A stretch of DNA of 64,000 nucleotides from Octopus vulgaris (Eukaryota), in contig OX597814.1 of NCBI GenBank assembly GCA_951406725.2, positions 48,174,001-48,238,000 on the forward strand, written 5' to 3'. Positions 53,582 to 64,000 of this stretch are shown piece by piece. The notes beneath the pieces are model-generated. The model searched no databases, was not told the DNA's origin, and worked only from the letters and a program-made list of their open reading frames with translations. How positions within the stretch are numbered: the stretch's first letter is position 1; each line of letters begins with the position of its first letter. Made by a program: the position numbers and the translations under genes.

Positions 53582-53995
53582 CTTTTCTTTACTTGTTTCA
53601 GTCATTTAACTGTGGCCATGCTGGAGCACTGCCATTAGTTGAGCAAATCGACCCCAGGACTTATTCTTTGTAAACCTAGTACTTATTCTATCGGTCTCTT
53701 TTGCTGAACCACTAAGTTACAGGGATGTAAACACACCAGTATCGGTTGTCAAGCGATGTTGGGGTGGACAAACACAGACACACAAACACATACACACACA
53801 TACATACATATATATTTATATATGCATATATATAATGGGCTTCATTCAGTTTCCATCTACCAAATCCACTCACAAAGCTTTGGTCGGCCCAAGGCTATAG
53901 TAGAAAACGCTTGCCCAAGGTGCCATGCAGTGGGACTGAACTCGGAACCATGTGGTTGGTAAGCAAGCTACTTACCACACAGCCACTCCTACACC
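53582..53995 (-). mobile_element. tRNA-derived SINE family 1, full length
   Basis: Homologous to the other family 1 copies. Confidence 0.85.
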
Positions 53996-54411
53996 TATAT
54001 ACACCTTGTGAACAAAGTCTCCAAATAATTCATGAAAAAAGAACTTTAAGCTTAAAATACCCAAACAATAATTTAATATATGTTGCATACAAGCATGGCT
54101 GTGTGGTTAAGAAGCTTTCTTTGGAACCATATATTTTCAGGTTCAGATCCACTGAAAGTCACCTAGGGTGAATGTCTTCTTATATTATTCTGGGTTGACT
54201 AATGCCTTGTGAGTGAATTTAGTTTATAGAAACTGTATGGAGGTGCATTGTGTGTGTATACAATATAAAGATAGCTGACTGAATCATGTATTAGATATGC
54301 ATTTTAGAAGCAGCCACCATTCAGGTTTGTATTATGAGTGTACTGCTTCATTATATAGAATTAGATGTTTTCCTTTTTTTTTTAATTATACATATATATA
54401 TATACATATAT

Positions 54412-54484
<73 letters not shown>

Positions 54485-54487
<3 letters not shown>

Positions 54488-55263
54488 GGTGTAGTGAATA
54501 AACTGTTGTCTAAATTACGTAAAAATGAAAATAACACTGATATCTCATTTTAACAGATATATTTAGCAAAATTACATTAAAATATCTTGAAATACTAAAG
54601 AGTAAAACTATTCAATAAAATCGTCATTGGCTTCAACCACACCCTCCAGATGACTTCAGAATCTCCTGCAACTTTTCTGGATGGTCTTCATGTTTAAGTT
54701 GGTGAATGCTGCCAAAATCATTGTCATCAGTTCACCTTTGGTGTTACAAGGAATTTTGTTGGTCTCTCGCTCAAATGCATTCCACACAAAATAATCAAGG
54801 GGGTTGCAGTCTGGGGAATTAGGTGGCCAGATGTTAGGGGTGATGTGGTCGCAAAAATTGTCTGACAGCCATGACTGGGTTCTCCTGTTTGTGTGATATG
54901 GTGCAGTAGTCACCCTCTTGACCCAGGGCAGCATTATCTCCTCCAGGCACTTAATATAGGCCTGTGTTTTAAGTCTGAGGCCGTGTGGGTAGATGAATGG
55001 AGGCATAACACCACCATCACTAGTGACAACTTCAAACACCATGATGTTGACTGGATGTTTGATTTTTATCACTCTTAGTACATGTCCTCAGATTGACACT
55101 CAAACACTCTGAAATGCTCAGAGGGAATTGCATCATGTTGCTGTTTTCCTCACAGATGGTGCCCAACTGACCCTACTATACTGTGTAGTTGACAAAATAT
55201 AAAAAAAGCTGTGCATGCACAAAATTAAAAAATATAAAATAGTGACAATTTACGCATCACACC

Positions 55264-55266
<3 letters not shown>
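54485..55266 (-). mobile_element. Internally deleted Tc1/mariner (DD37D/maT-like) transposon within (TA)n
   Basis: CAGGGTGT TIRs flanked by TA runs; ORF 54656-55072 KHPVNIMVFEVVTSDGGVMPPFIY..WPPNSPDCNPLDYFVW. Confidence 0.85.
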
Positions 55267-55302
<36 letters not shown>

Positions 55303-55791
55303 TATATTTATGTGTGCGCACACACACACATGCATGCATACATACATACATACATACATACATACATACATACATACATACATACATACATACATACATA
55401 CATACATACATACATACATACTTACATACATACAGTAAAAGTGGCTTATTATAATAACAGACAATGTTATCAAATGGCTAGAGTCATCAGCACTAGTGGT
55501 TTTCAAACAGGTGCAGGATGTTGTTGTCTTGTTTAGTACTATCAGTCATTGTTATCTAAAAGACTTCAACCCAATGATCAGAATAAGCAGTTCCCACTGC
55601 ACACATACACACATCTATATACATACATGTAAAAGAAATGATCAAGAGAAAGAGAGTGTCATAATGGTTGTCGGGTTAGGTGCTTGATTTCAAGTCATGA
55701 CTTGAAATCTTACCTCAGTTATTATTGTATTTTGCCTTCCAGTAAATCACTCTTCATGCTTTGGTTTATCTGATATAGCAATAGACTCCAT

Positions 55792-55972
55792 ACAGTTCTA
55801 TATTTAAGAGATGAGGAATTCTGTACATTATTTACATTCGACAGATATTTGTCCTCATCTTGTTTGTTGTTAACACAACATTTTGGCTGATACACCCTCC
55901 AGCCTTCTTCAGGTGTATTGCGGAAATTTCGAACCTGGGTTCTCATTCCTAAGGTATTTTTCGATGTTGTTG

Positions 55973-56033
<61 letters not shown>

Positions 56034-56497
56034 CATCATTATTAGTGTTCAGGTCACTACTTGGAATCAAACTCGGGATCTTGAGATTACCGTGCTCTTA
56101 ACCACTACGCCATATACCCTGATATACCCTCCAGCCTTCTTCAGGTGTCTTGTGGAAATTTCGAATCTGGGTTCTCATTCCTAAGGTATTTTTTGATGTT
56201 ATTATTATTATTAGTGTTCAGGTCACTGCTTGGAATCGAACTCAGAATCTTGGCCCACGGGCATATGGCGTAGTGGTTAAGAGCACGGGCTACTAACCCC
56301 AAGATTCCAAGTTCGATTCCAAGCAGTGACCTGAACACTAATAATAATAACATCGAAAAATACCTTAGGATTAAGAACCCAGGTTTGAAATTTCCACAAA
56401 ACACCTGAAGAAGGCTGGAGGGTATATCAGCCGAAACGTTGTGTTAACAACAAACAAGATGAGGACAAATATCCGTCAAATGTAAATGTAAATAATG
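55792..56497. mobile_element. Composite non-autonomous retroelement: three copies of a tRNA-head + hammerhead-ribozyme unit (Penelope-type retrozyme/SINE)
   Basis: TSD AATAGACTCCAT (55780-55791, 56498-56509); units at 55792-56118 (-), 56119-56252 (-) and 56253-56497 (+); A/B boxes and hammerhead core in the plus unit. Confidence 0.85.
56400..56445 (+). ncRNA. Minimal type-I hammerhead ribozyme
   Basis: Stem I AACAC(56400-04)/GTGTT(56441-45); core CTGAAGA (56405-11); stem II GGCTG(56413-17)/CAGCC(56428-32); GAAA (56433-36); palindromic ACGT in place of stem III; GUU cleavage triplet ending at 56440. Confidence 0.85.
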
Positions 56498-56795
56498 AAT
56501 AGACTCCATTCTGTTTCTCAGTTGAATAGTAGGAAGGATACTTAGCTGTAAACAATTATTCTAACAGATATCTATTTCACACATGCTAAAATATAGGTAT
56601 ATGCAGATGCACGCTGATATGTACATACACATGTACATGTACATACAAAGAGAAATATTTCAAAATAATTTTGGGATGGAACATATTTTAGAAAGGAGAC
56701 ACCCTAAAGGAAGTAAGAAATTATAAATAACTCTAGCTGTAGTTATGAATAAAAAGGCTAATGTTTAATTGTATTTTATTTATATTTTGAATTAA

Positions 56796-57015
56796 CCATT
56801 TCATTACTGTATTTATTTTGAGATGCTCTGTGTTTCTTTCAATTACATTAAATATAACAAGGAATTTAGTAAAATAACTTAGTTATCATTAAGCTAGTGT
56901 GAGGAACATAAATTGTGACTAAGGTTTGGTGGAAGATTTTAATTCAGAACTTTTAAAAACAAAACATTTGTTCTCAGAGCCAGAGCCGGTTTCAGCCAGG
57001 TTGGTAACGAAAGGG
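56796..57015. mobile_element. TTAA-flanked piggyBac-type MITE family B (220 bp)
   Basis: TTAA flanks; aligns with 44502-44722. Confidence 0.85.
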
Positions 57016-58847
57016 TTAAATGTCTTTTCTCTTGTGTAGATTTTTTTTACTTTGGCCAAAAGACATGCAGAATTGAGTCCCATACTTACATAAATATAAA
57101 AGACAATGTTATTGGTTAATATTTTTTCTTCAGTGTTTTTCATGTGGATAACAAATTATCTATTTTCTAAATAATTCTATTTTCCTATGTTAGCTAACAT
57201 ACAATCCTGTACATCAACTTGATAAAATTTTTATCACTACTCCAGAAAATATGGTGATGAGATTATACCAAGGCAGAAACATGTCTGGAGTTGTCTCCTA
57301 TGTATGTAGAAGAAAATGAAAATATTAGTCATTGAGTAATACTGTTTTTTTTTTCTCATTGCATAATCAATTCTCATTAACCTTTTAAAAACTTCCGCTG
57401 TTAGGTATACTAACACTAACTCACTATTCTTTAATGACAACCACATGGGAAATAGATACCCTACTAAAAGTTTGTTAATTCAATATCAGGGTAAAGTAAA
57501 AATTAAAAAAATCTGGATATAATATTTTATTCACGTTAGTTAAATATAGCTATAAAAATATAAGATAATTATTAGGTAAATCTAATGAATGTATAGAAAA
57601 ATTATTCAGCACATGTTACAAGATACTTTGAAGGAGTTGATGAGGGTGACTCTTTCTGGTCACCCACTGAGCAAATAATAACAGCTAAGTTTCCTTCATA
57701 TAATACAATCTATGGAATGGTTTTAATCATAAGCCTGTCTGTTCTGAGTCAACTTGGGCTTAACAGCAATAACAAATATTTTGAATAAGCCACAAATTTA
57801 TAGGAAAGTTGTAAAGTTTATTGAATCAACTCTGCCACATATCAACTTCAGAGGAATGAAAGGTAAAGTTGACTCTGAAGGACTTTGAATTAGAATAGAA
57901 AAATGAATGCTAAAATACTGTTAGGGTTTAGCTCAACACTCAGCTAATCTAATCTTACCTTTAAACTTTTGACAGAAGAGTAATACAGAACTGAAAAAAT
58001 TGAAAAAGAGGTTCAGAAATTAAAAAGATAAAAAATAGACAAAGACTTAGAGAAGTCTGAGGACAGGCAAGCTGGATGTAGATATTGTTTGGATAAAATA
58101 GGATATAGGAAGGATAAAATCAAGATGAAATGTGGAAAGAGAAAACAAGTGAAAAGAAGACAGAGGTGAAAAGATTAAGTAGAGCAAAAAAAAAAAAGTA
58201 GGTGGGGTAAGAAGGTAAGTCTTAAAGGTAAGTCATAAAATAGGAGGTAAGTACCTGAGGAGACAAGCCCATGACCCAGTTTCAATTCATATTTCGCTTC
58301 ATTGATAATAGAAAAGTAAAAATATTGCAAGTTTTACAAAGCCATGGGAAATTGTATAGAACAATGGGAAATTATTTCAATGCTCTCTCTGTTTGTCTGT
58401 CTGTCTGTCTGTCTCTCTCTGTCTCTCTCTTCCACTATCTCTGAAATACTGTGATACTGTGTTAGGAAATGAAAATGATTAGTAACTAAAAATTTGACAT
58501 ATGATATTAGTGAATTCTGAGCCAATACTATCTACAATTTAGTTTTGATTTCATGTTGAAGCCATTTAAAGTTATGTCTTAAAAGCTGTCATGAATGTCA
58601 TAAACTTAATTCAGTTCCATAAAACACAGTGGGCTGTAATCAAAGAGAAATTTAGTGAAAGTAATATTGTTGCATTTGACATATTTAACGTTTTTCACCC
58701 AGACCTGGTATGTGAATCTCCCATCAAATCTGCCAGCTTATGGACTTCATCCATTTGATCAGTAGCCTCCTATCATTGTAGTGTATGTTGATGGAACTCT
58801 TTCTGTTCACACTTTATCAAAGCTGGTGTGCCCCAGGGTTTGATTTT

Positions 58848-59445
58848 AATAATAATAATAATAATAATAATAATTGTGTACAGTGCTCAGGTGCACTACA
58901 GCTCATCTAAAGTGTATATATAATCAGGTGTAGTTTCGGCGGATTTCGGAAAGCATGAGGGCCTTAAAGGATGCAGTGTCATGGCAGTCAACAACTGACG
59001 CAGGCAGTTTATTCCATGCTTCAGCAACTCTGAGCGTGAAAAAATGTTTCCGAAAGTCATGGGAGCTGTGTTGTTTTCTGACTTTGTAGGCATGTCCACG
59101 TGTGTTAGACACATGGAGATCAAAAAGGTGTTCAGTGTTGTTGTTGGTGAGGTGGTTGATAACCTTGTGGGTGTTTACCAAGTCCGTCGCCAGACGCCGG
59201 AGCTTCAGTGAATCCATGCCCAGGGAAACAAGGCGCTCAGAATATGGTAGGTGTCTGATGGAGGGTATGCGTTTGGTTGCACGTCTCTGGACAGATTCCA
59301 GGAGGTCAATGTTCTGAGCAAGATAGGGATTCCAAACTGATGATGCGAATTCCAAGTGTGGTCGTACCATAGCTGTATACAGTTTTAAATAGATGGCTGG
59401 AGAGCGGCTAACAAAAGTCTTGCTGAGTGATGCCAAGACACCCTC
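58848..59445 (-). mobile_element. 5'-truncated CR1-clade LINE
   Basis: ORF 58924-59463 LYTAMVRPHLEFASSVWNPY..LESVQRRATKRIP..FFTLRVAEAWNKLP; (ATT)n tail. Confidence 0.92.
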
Positions 59446-59466
59446 GTCTCTGACTCTCTTCATTCT

Positions 59467-59696
59467 TGTTTCTTTATTGCCCGCAAGGGGCTAAACATAG
59501 AGGGGAAAAACAAGGACAGACAAAGGGATTAAGTCGATTACATCGACTCCAGTGCATAACTGGTACTTTATTTATCGATCCCAAAAGGATGAAAGGCAAA
59601 GTCGACTTTGGCGGAATTTGAACTCAGAACGCAACAGCAGATGCAATACCGCTAAGCATTTTGCCTGGCATGCTAACGATTCTGCCAGCTTGCCAC
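59467..59696 (-). mobile_element. tRNA-derived SINE family 2 with 13-bp TSD
   Basis: TSD CTCTCTTCATTCT at 59454-59466 and 59697-59709. Confidence 0.9.
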
Positions 59697-61778
59697 CTCT
59701 CTTCATTCTATACATCAATGACAATCACTCCTAACAACGCTCACTCCCACACAGATGATAATACCCTTCTTTAGACTTCTCATCTATGCATCAACCATAT
59801 GTAACCTAAACATATGTCAAACATGCATTGATTTTATGGACAGAGACCGTAAAAGTATCCTCCTGTGGGGATATGACAATCTTGTCTCTTACTGCGGATG
59901 CAACTGTAAAGCCTCTCTCTGCCTTTTCTATAATCATAGGATAGCCTCTTCTCCCTGGACCTTGCTGACCCTTAACTCAGATACTCCAGACCCACTTCTC
60001 TCTCCTCTTATCATCTAAGTTGTGTTCAGGCTCTAAGGCCTTGCACTACCCATTAATGCCCTCTAAAACTCTCACTCTGTTCATGTATTTCCTACAGAAA
60101 AATTCAAGCTGGATATTAATAATATCAATCAGAGTCTCTGTAAAGTTCATGGGCACTGACCTGTCTTCTGGACCCAGAAAGTAAGCAGAGAAAAAAAGGC
60201 ATTAAGGAATATTTGCCATATTAGCTATGAACTAATCCCATCATTTTAGCTATGAACTGATCCCATCTTATCAGTAAAGAACAGAAATTGACCAAACCAT
60301 TGTGTATAGTTCCTAAGAAGACCAATACTTGATAGAAACCTTGCACTGTTTTAGCTGAAAAACTTTTCAATATTGTGTATATCACTGCAAGCCATTTGGA
60401 TGAACATGTGCTTAAGTGTTTTATATTTTTTTTTATATAAAAGCCCCTGGTTGACTTGGTATGTATGGACAAAGTGAAGGAGGAAACAGGCCACTCCTGT
60501 TAGTATGTGGATTCACATATTTCTGTTTCACTGATTGAAATAATAACAGATTCCTAAAGGTGCATTGATCTGATTAACTGGAACCAATGTTCACCACCAT
60601 CTAGTCAGTCTCTGACTCTGCATGCAGCAATGTATACTTTAAAGAATATTTTAAAATTAAAACAAGTTTATTTTATAAAATTGATCTGTTGGCCAGACTA
60701 AATTTTACCACAGGCTGGATCTGACCCACAGGTCATGTGTTTGAGACCCTTGCTCTAGAAAGAACTTTTCACTACTAATTACTTAGACAACCTCAGTTGA
60801 TTGAAGTTTTCAACTCAGTATATTACATATGAAAAGTTCAGCATTTATTTTTAATTCACAGAATATGCTACTGAAGTATTTTCCTTTAGCCTTTATGCTA
60901 TTTGTTCCACAGAAATCTTACAAGACGTTTTTGAACCATATTATTGATGTCTTTCTTCAATAATCTGTAGTTTTTGTATTGAATATATTTTGGATTTGTT
61001 TATTATTTTTTCAATTAAAAAAACAAGGAAAAACTTTCGTTTGAAAAAATTTTTTTTATCTATTTGTTATCAGCATGTTTTCAACATATATAATTTAACT
61101 TAAATACCTTAGATTGGTTTGGACCATTATATCTCTAACTTAATTAGCACCATCTGGAGTTGTCTTTTAAGTGATGATTTAGGAGATTGCAATCTACTCG
61201 AACAGGGAGTGGTCTGGTGTGATATATCTGGGTGTTGGTAATTTGCCTGACTTTTCTTGGAGGAATTTGTCCGAGTACCATTGGAATGCTATAGCAAAAC
61301 GAAAGTTAAAAAAAATAGTAGGTATGCATTAAGTGAAACTCTACTAATGTCATTATTAGACCTATTGATAAAATAACAACTAATGAAGAAGTTGGATGGA
61401 TTTAATCAACTATTCTCCTTCCCAATACGTTCAGGAACTGGTAGCAATGTGAGAAATCCCTGTTGGTACTGTTACTTCGTTGGAATTTAAACCTTAACAT
61501 TTCTTTATATGTCGTATTTGTTTATTACATTTGTGAATAAGCCATAGTCAATATGCTTTCTCTAGGGTACAGTTAGGTCTTGTAAACTGGAAGAATGAAG
61601 AACACAGATTTTTGCGAAAGAATAAGCATTGCGACTATAGATTGTTACCAGCAATAGCAATTTAAATAAAACATGGAAGGGAAACAACTCCTTTGTAGTA
61701 CAGTAAGTTATTGACCTTGTATAAAACAATTCGGTCATGCCCAAGAAGTTAATGACGTACATACCTCCACAAATACCT

Positions 61779-62003
61779 ATTTATTTATTACCCACAAGGG
61801 GCTAAACACAGAGGGGACAAACAAGGGCAGACATAGGTATTAAGTCGATTACATCGACCCCAGTGCGTAACTGGTACTTAATTTATCGACCCCGAAAGGA
61901 TGAAAGGCAAAGTCGACCTCAGCGGAATTTGAACTCACAACGTAACGACAAACGAAATACCGCTAAGCATTTCGCCCAACGTACTAACGTTTCTGCCAGC
62001 TCG
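61779..62003 (-). mobile_element. tRNA-derived SINE family 2 with 12-bp TSD
   Basis: TSD CCACAAATACCT at 61767-61778 and 62004-62015; CpGs retained. Confidence 0.9.
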
Positions 62004-62239
62004 CCACAAATACCTTCGATAACAGACATGCATAATCTCGCGTGCTTCTGAGCAATTATATCTATGTATGAGATGACTTTACTTTCAGAAGAAACTTGGA
62101 CGAGCAGATCCAAACCAGTCAGTGAGACTAACGGATAATAGAAATATATCCAACCATAAAAATACTGCTAATTGTATTACTTAAAAACTTCCAAATATTT
62201 CTTATGTGTTTCAAACGAGGGAGTCTGTACGTGGTTATT

Positions 62240-62435
62240 CGATCTGCTTAAAATGGCATCCAGTTCTTTCCTAAAGCAGACCCTACTGTAAAAAAAGAAA
62301 GAAAGAATGCATAATACATTGAATAATTGTAGTCCTGGTTACACAATACTTGAAAAAGACAGGCCGGGCATGGCTTGACTGCCTTTGATTATAAGTTTAT
62401 TCAAAGTCGATCTGGGGCCAAGCAATAACAATAAC
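62240..62435 (+). repeat. Dispersed repeat family ending GGGGCTAAACAACAACAAC (other copies near 16610-16795, 23570-23730, 23868-24280, 26808-27005, 57660-57775)
   Basis: Shared CCCTACTGT..GGATAATG..GGCTGGAATGCCTTTGAT..GGGGCTAAACAAC motifs seen by eye; class not determined. Confidence 0.6.
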
Positions 62436-64000
62436 ACAGCGTGAACGCGTAGTAATAGTGTTACGCATGGTAATATTGTGGCTCTGGACGTCAGTATTTT
62501 AAAGCTGTGGCCTTGCGTCTTTTCATTTAACTATCCACAACATAATGGGTAGGTTTAATGGGTATTTATAAACATGTCAATTCTAAGAATCCCATGTGAA
62601 AATAACTAACCCCAAGCTGAATCAATCAAGGAGCAAAGAGTAACATATGCTACAGGCATCGCATTTTCAAAGATCCTGCGTTTAAGTTAAATACTTGCAA
62701 AGTCATGAATAACCAATTCGGTGAATCTATACTCTATCTTTGTGGTATTATACGGCCTTCAACATTTATGAACGATTGGGGAGGTAAAGTTGATCCAATA
62801 CTCGAAATACTTCCGAGACTCAGTACATCATTTAATTAAAATAAAATACAACAATCAAATTGTATTACACCGTTAAATGAACCGACTTACTTAATTTTTG
62901 TTGGGACCTAATTGATATGATTGTAACGGAAGTAATTGATTTGGTACACAATATTATGAATTATCGGAGACAGCAGTTTATGTTGTAGGATGTGGAAGAC
63001 GAACAATGCATGAAGTTTTAAGGAAGTATTCATTTACCGTTACGTTACAAATACCTTGCCTCGACGGGCAGGTTTTGATACATCCAAAAGCATGCTAAGT
63101 AAAGTTTGTTTTTGGGTCCTCTTCATTGTTTAGTAGTAGTAAATACCGAGAGAGATAGAATGATGTTGTAAGAGAACAGAATTGGAGCTAGTGAGAGAGT
63201 GTGGGACGTTGTCTTTCTTTTTCCCTCTGCCTGTTTGTCTGCCTGCCTCCATGATTCTAGTGGTCGGTTCACTAACTGATGTTAGCTCCCATTTAACTCA
63301 CGAGTTTGTCACCAAGGTAACCAACTCCGTTGAGTCGTCACGACCGTGACGAACTGATTTTTGCTTGGGGGTATGCTTGCTTATATAACTATCCAGAAAG
63401 ATAGATATATCATTGAGAACAATAGATTTAGTTGGTGATCTTGTTATCTCTATTCTAGCTTTTGGTGAAGTAGAAGAGGTTAGAAAGGGTCACGTAGTGA
63501 AGACATTATTTCGGCCTAGTTAGAGGCACCTGGAAAATGTAAAACTGCTGTCAGAGAAAAGCCATTGTTCCATCGTGGGAAAAGTTCTGTTGCAGTGTTA
63601 ATTTAAATTTGGCTGTGGTGGATTGAATCCACTTCATGCTTGCAAAATTCACCACATGATCGACATTCCTTTTCTTTATTTTCGAGGCACGAAACTTGTC
63701 ATCTGGAATAATTATTATTCATGAGTCATAGTTCAGAGTTAGATTATCACTAAAATTTGATAGATATTGTATTGTTAATCTTCTTCATCAAAAAAAAATC
63801 GGATTTCTAGATGTGTAAGAAACATTCTGTTGTGTATAGTTTATCCTTCAAATTTGTCGTTAGTCTGCCTCGAGCTTTCTTGTTCATTAAACCGATTTTG
63901 AAAGCATTTAGGCTGAGAGTACTTGTGGCGTTTCTCAGTTCGAAGAGTTTCACAGGTAGATACTGTTAAATGTCGACACACAAAGAGAATCATTTATTAA

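Larger units (their letters stand above)
58600..60190 (+). mobile_element. Old LINE RT remnant split by two younger insertions
   Basis: After removing the insertions it reads GVPQGLILSLTLFILYIND...HSHTDD (GVPQGS..LF..YIND..YADD motifs). Outer boundaries are approximate. Confidence 0.7.

Noticed and set aside
56259-56330. tRNA gene (also the SINE heads at 49473, 50717, 29523 and 22280)
   Set aside because: A/B boxes are present, but acceptor and anticodon stems are imperfect and each head is fused to a repeat body; these are SINE heads.

Overview
AT-rich, repeat-dense animal genomic DNA. The SINE, LINE and microsatellite content suggests an octopus or other coleoid cephalopod; this is an inference from recognising the repeats. 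The only confidently identified gene is the 5' part of ER Hsp90 (HSP90B1/GRP94/endoplasmin) on the minus strand: coding exons 1-5 at 286-9225, continuing off the left edge, with a CCAAT/ERSE-like promoter cluster at about 9340-9452. The remaining ~54 kb is mostly transposon remnants: three or more tRNA-derived SINE families, RTE and CR1 LINE fragments, mariner, DD37D and pogo relics, TTAA (piggyBac-type) and hAT MITEs, and micro- and minisatellites. The most striking item is a 706-bp insertion at 55792-56497 with a 12-bp target-site duplication (TSD). It consists of three copies (two minus, one plus) of a short non-coding unit joining a tRNA-like Pol III promoter to a minimal type-I hammerhead ribozyme, i.e. 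a Penelope-type retrozyme/SINE, and the plus copy keeps an intact catalytic core. Also notable: an ORF1-only (HAL1-like) retroelement sharing its 3' tail with a SINE family, two unrelated MITE families of the same 220-221 bp length, a minisatellite born inside a dispersed repeat, and weak signs of a decayed plus-strand gene and of a CpG-rich promoter at the right edge.
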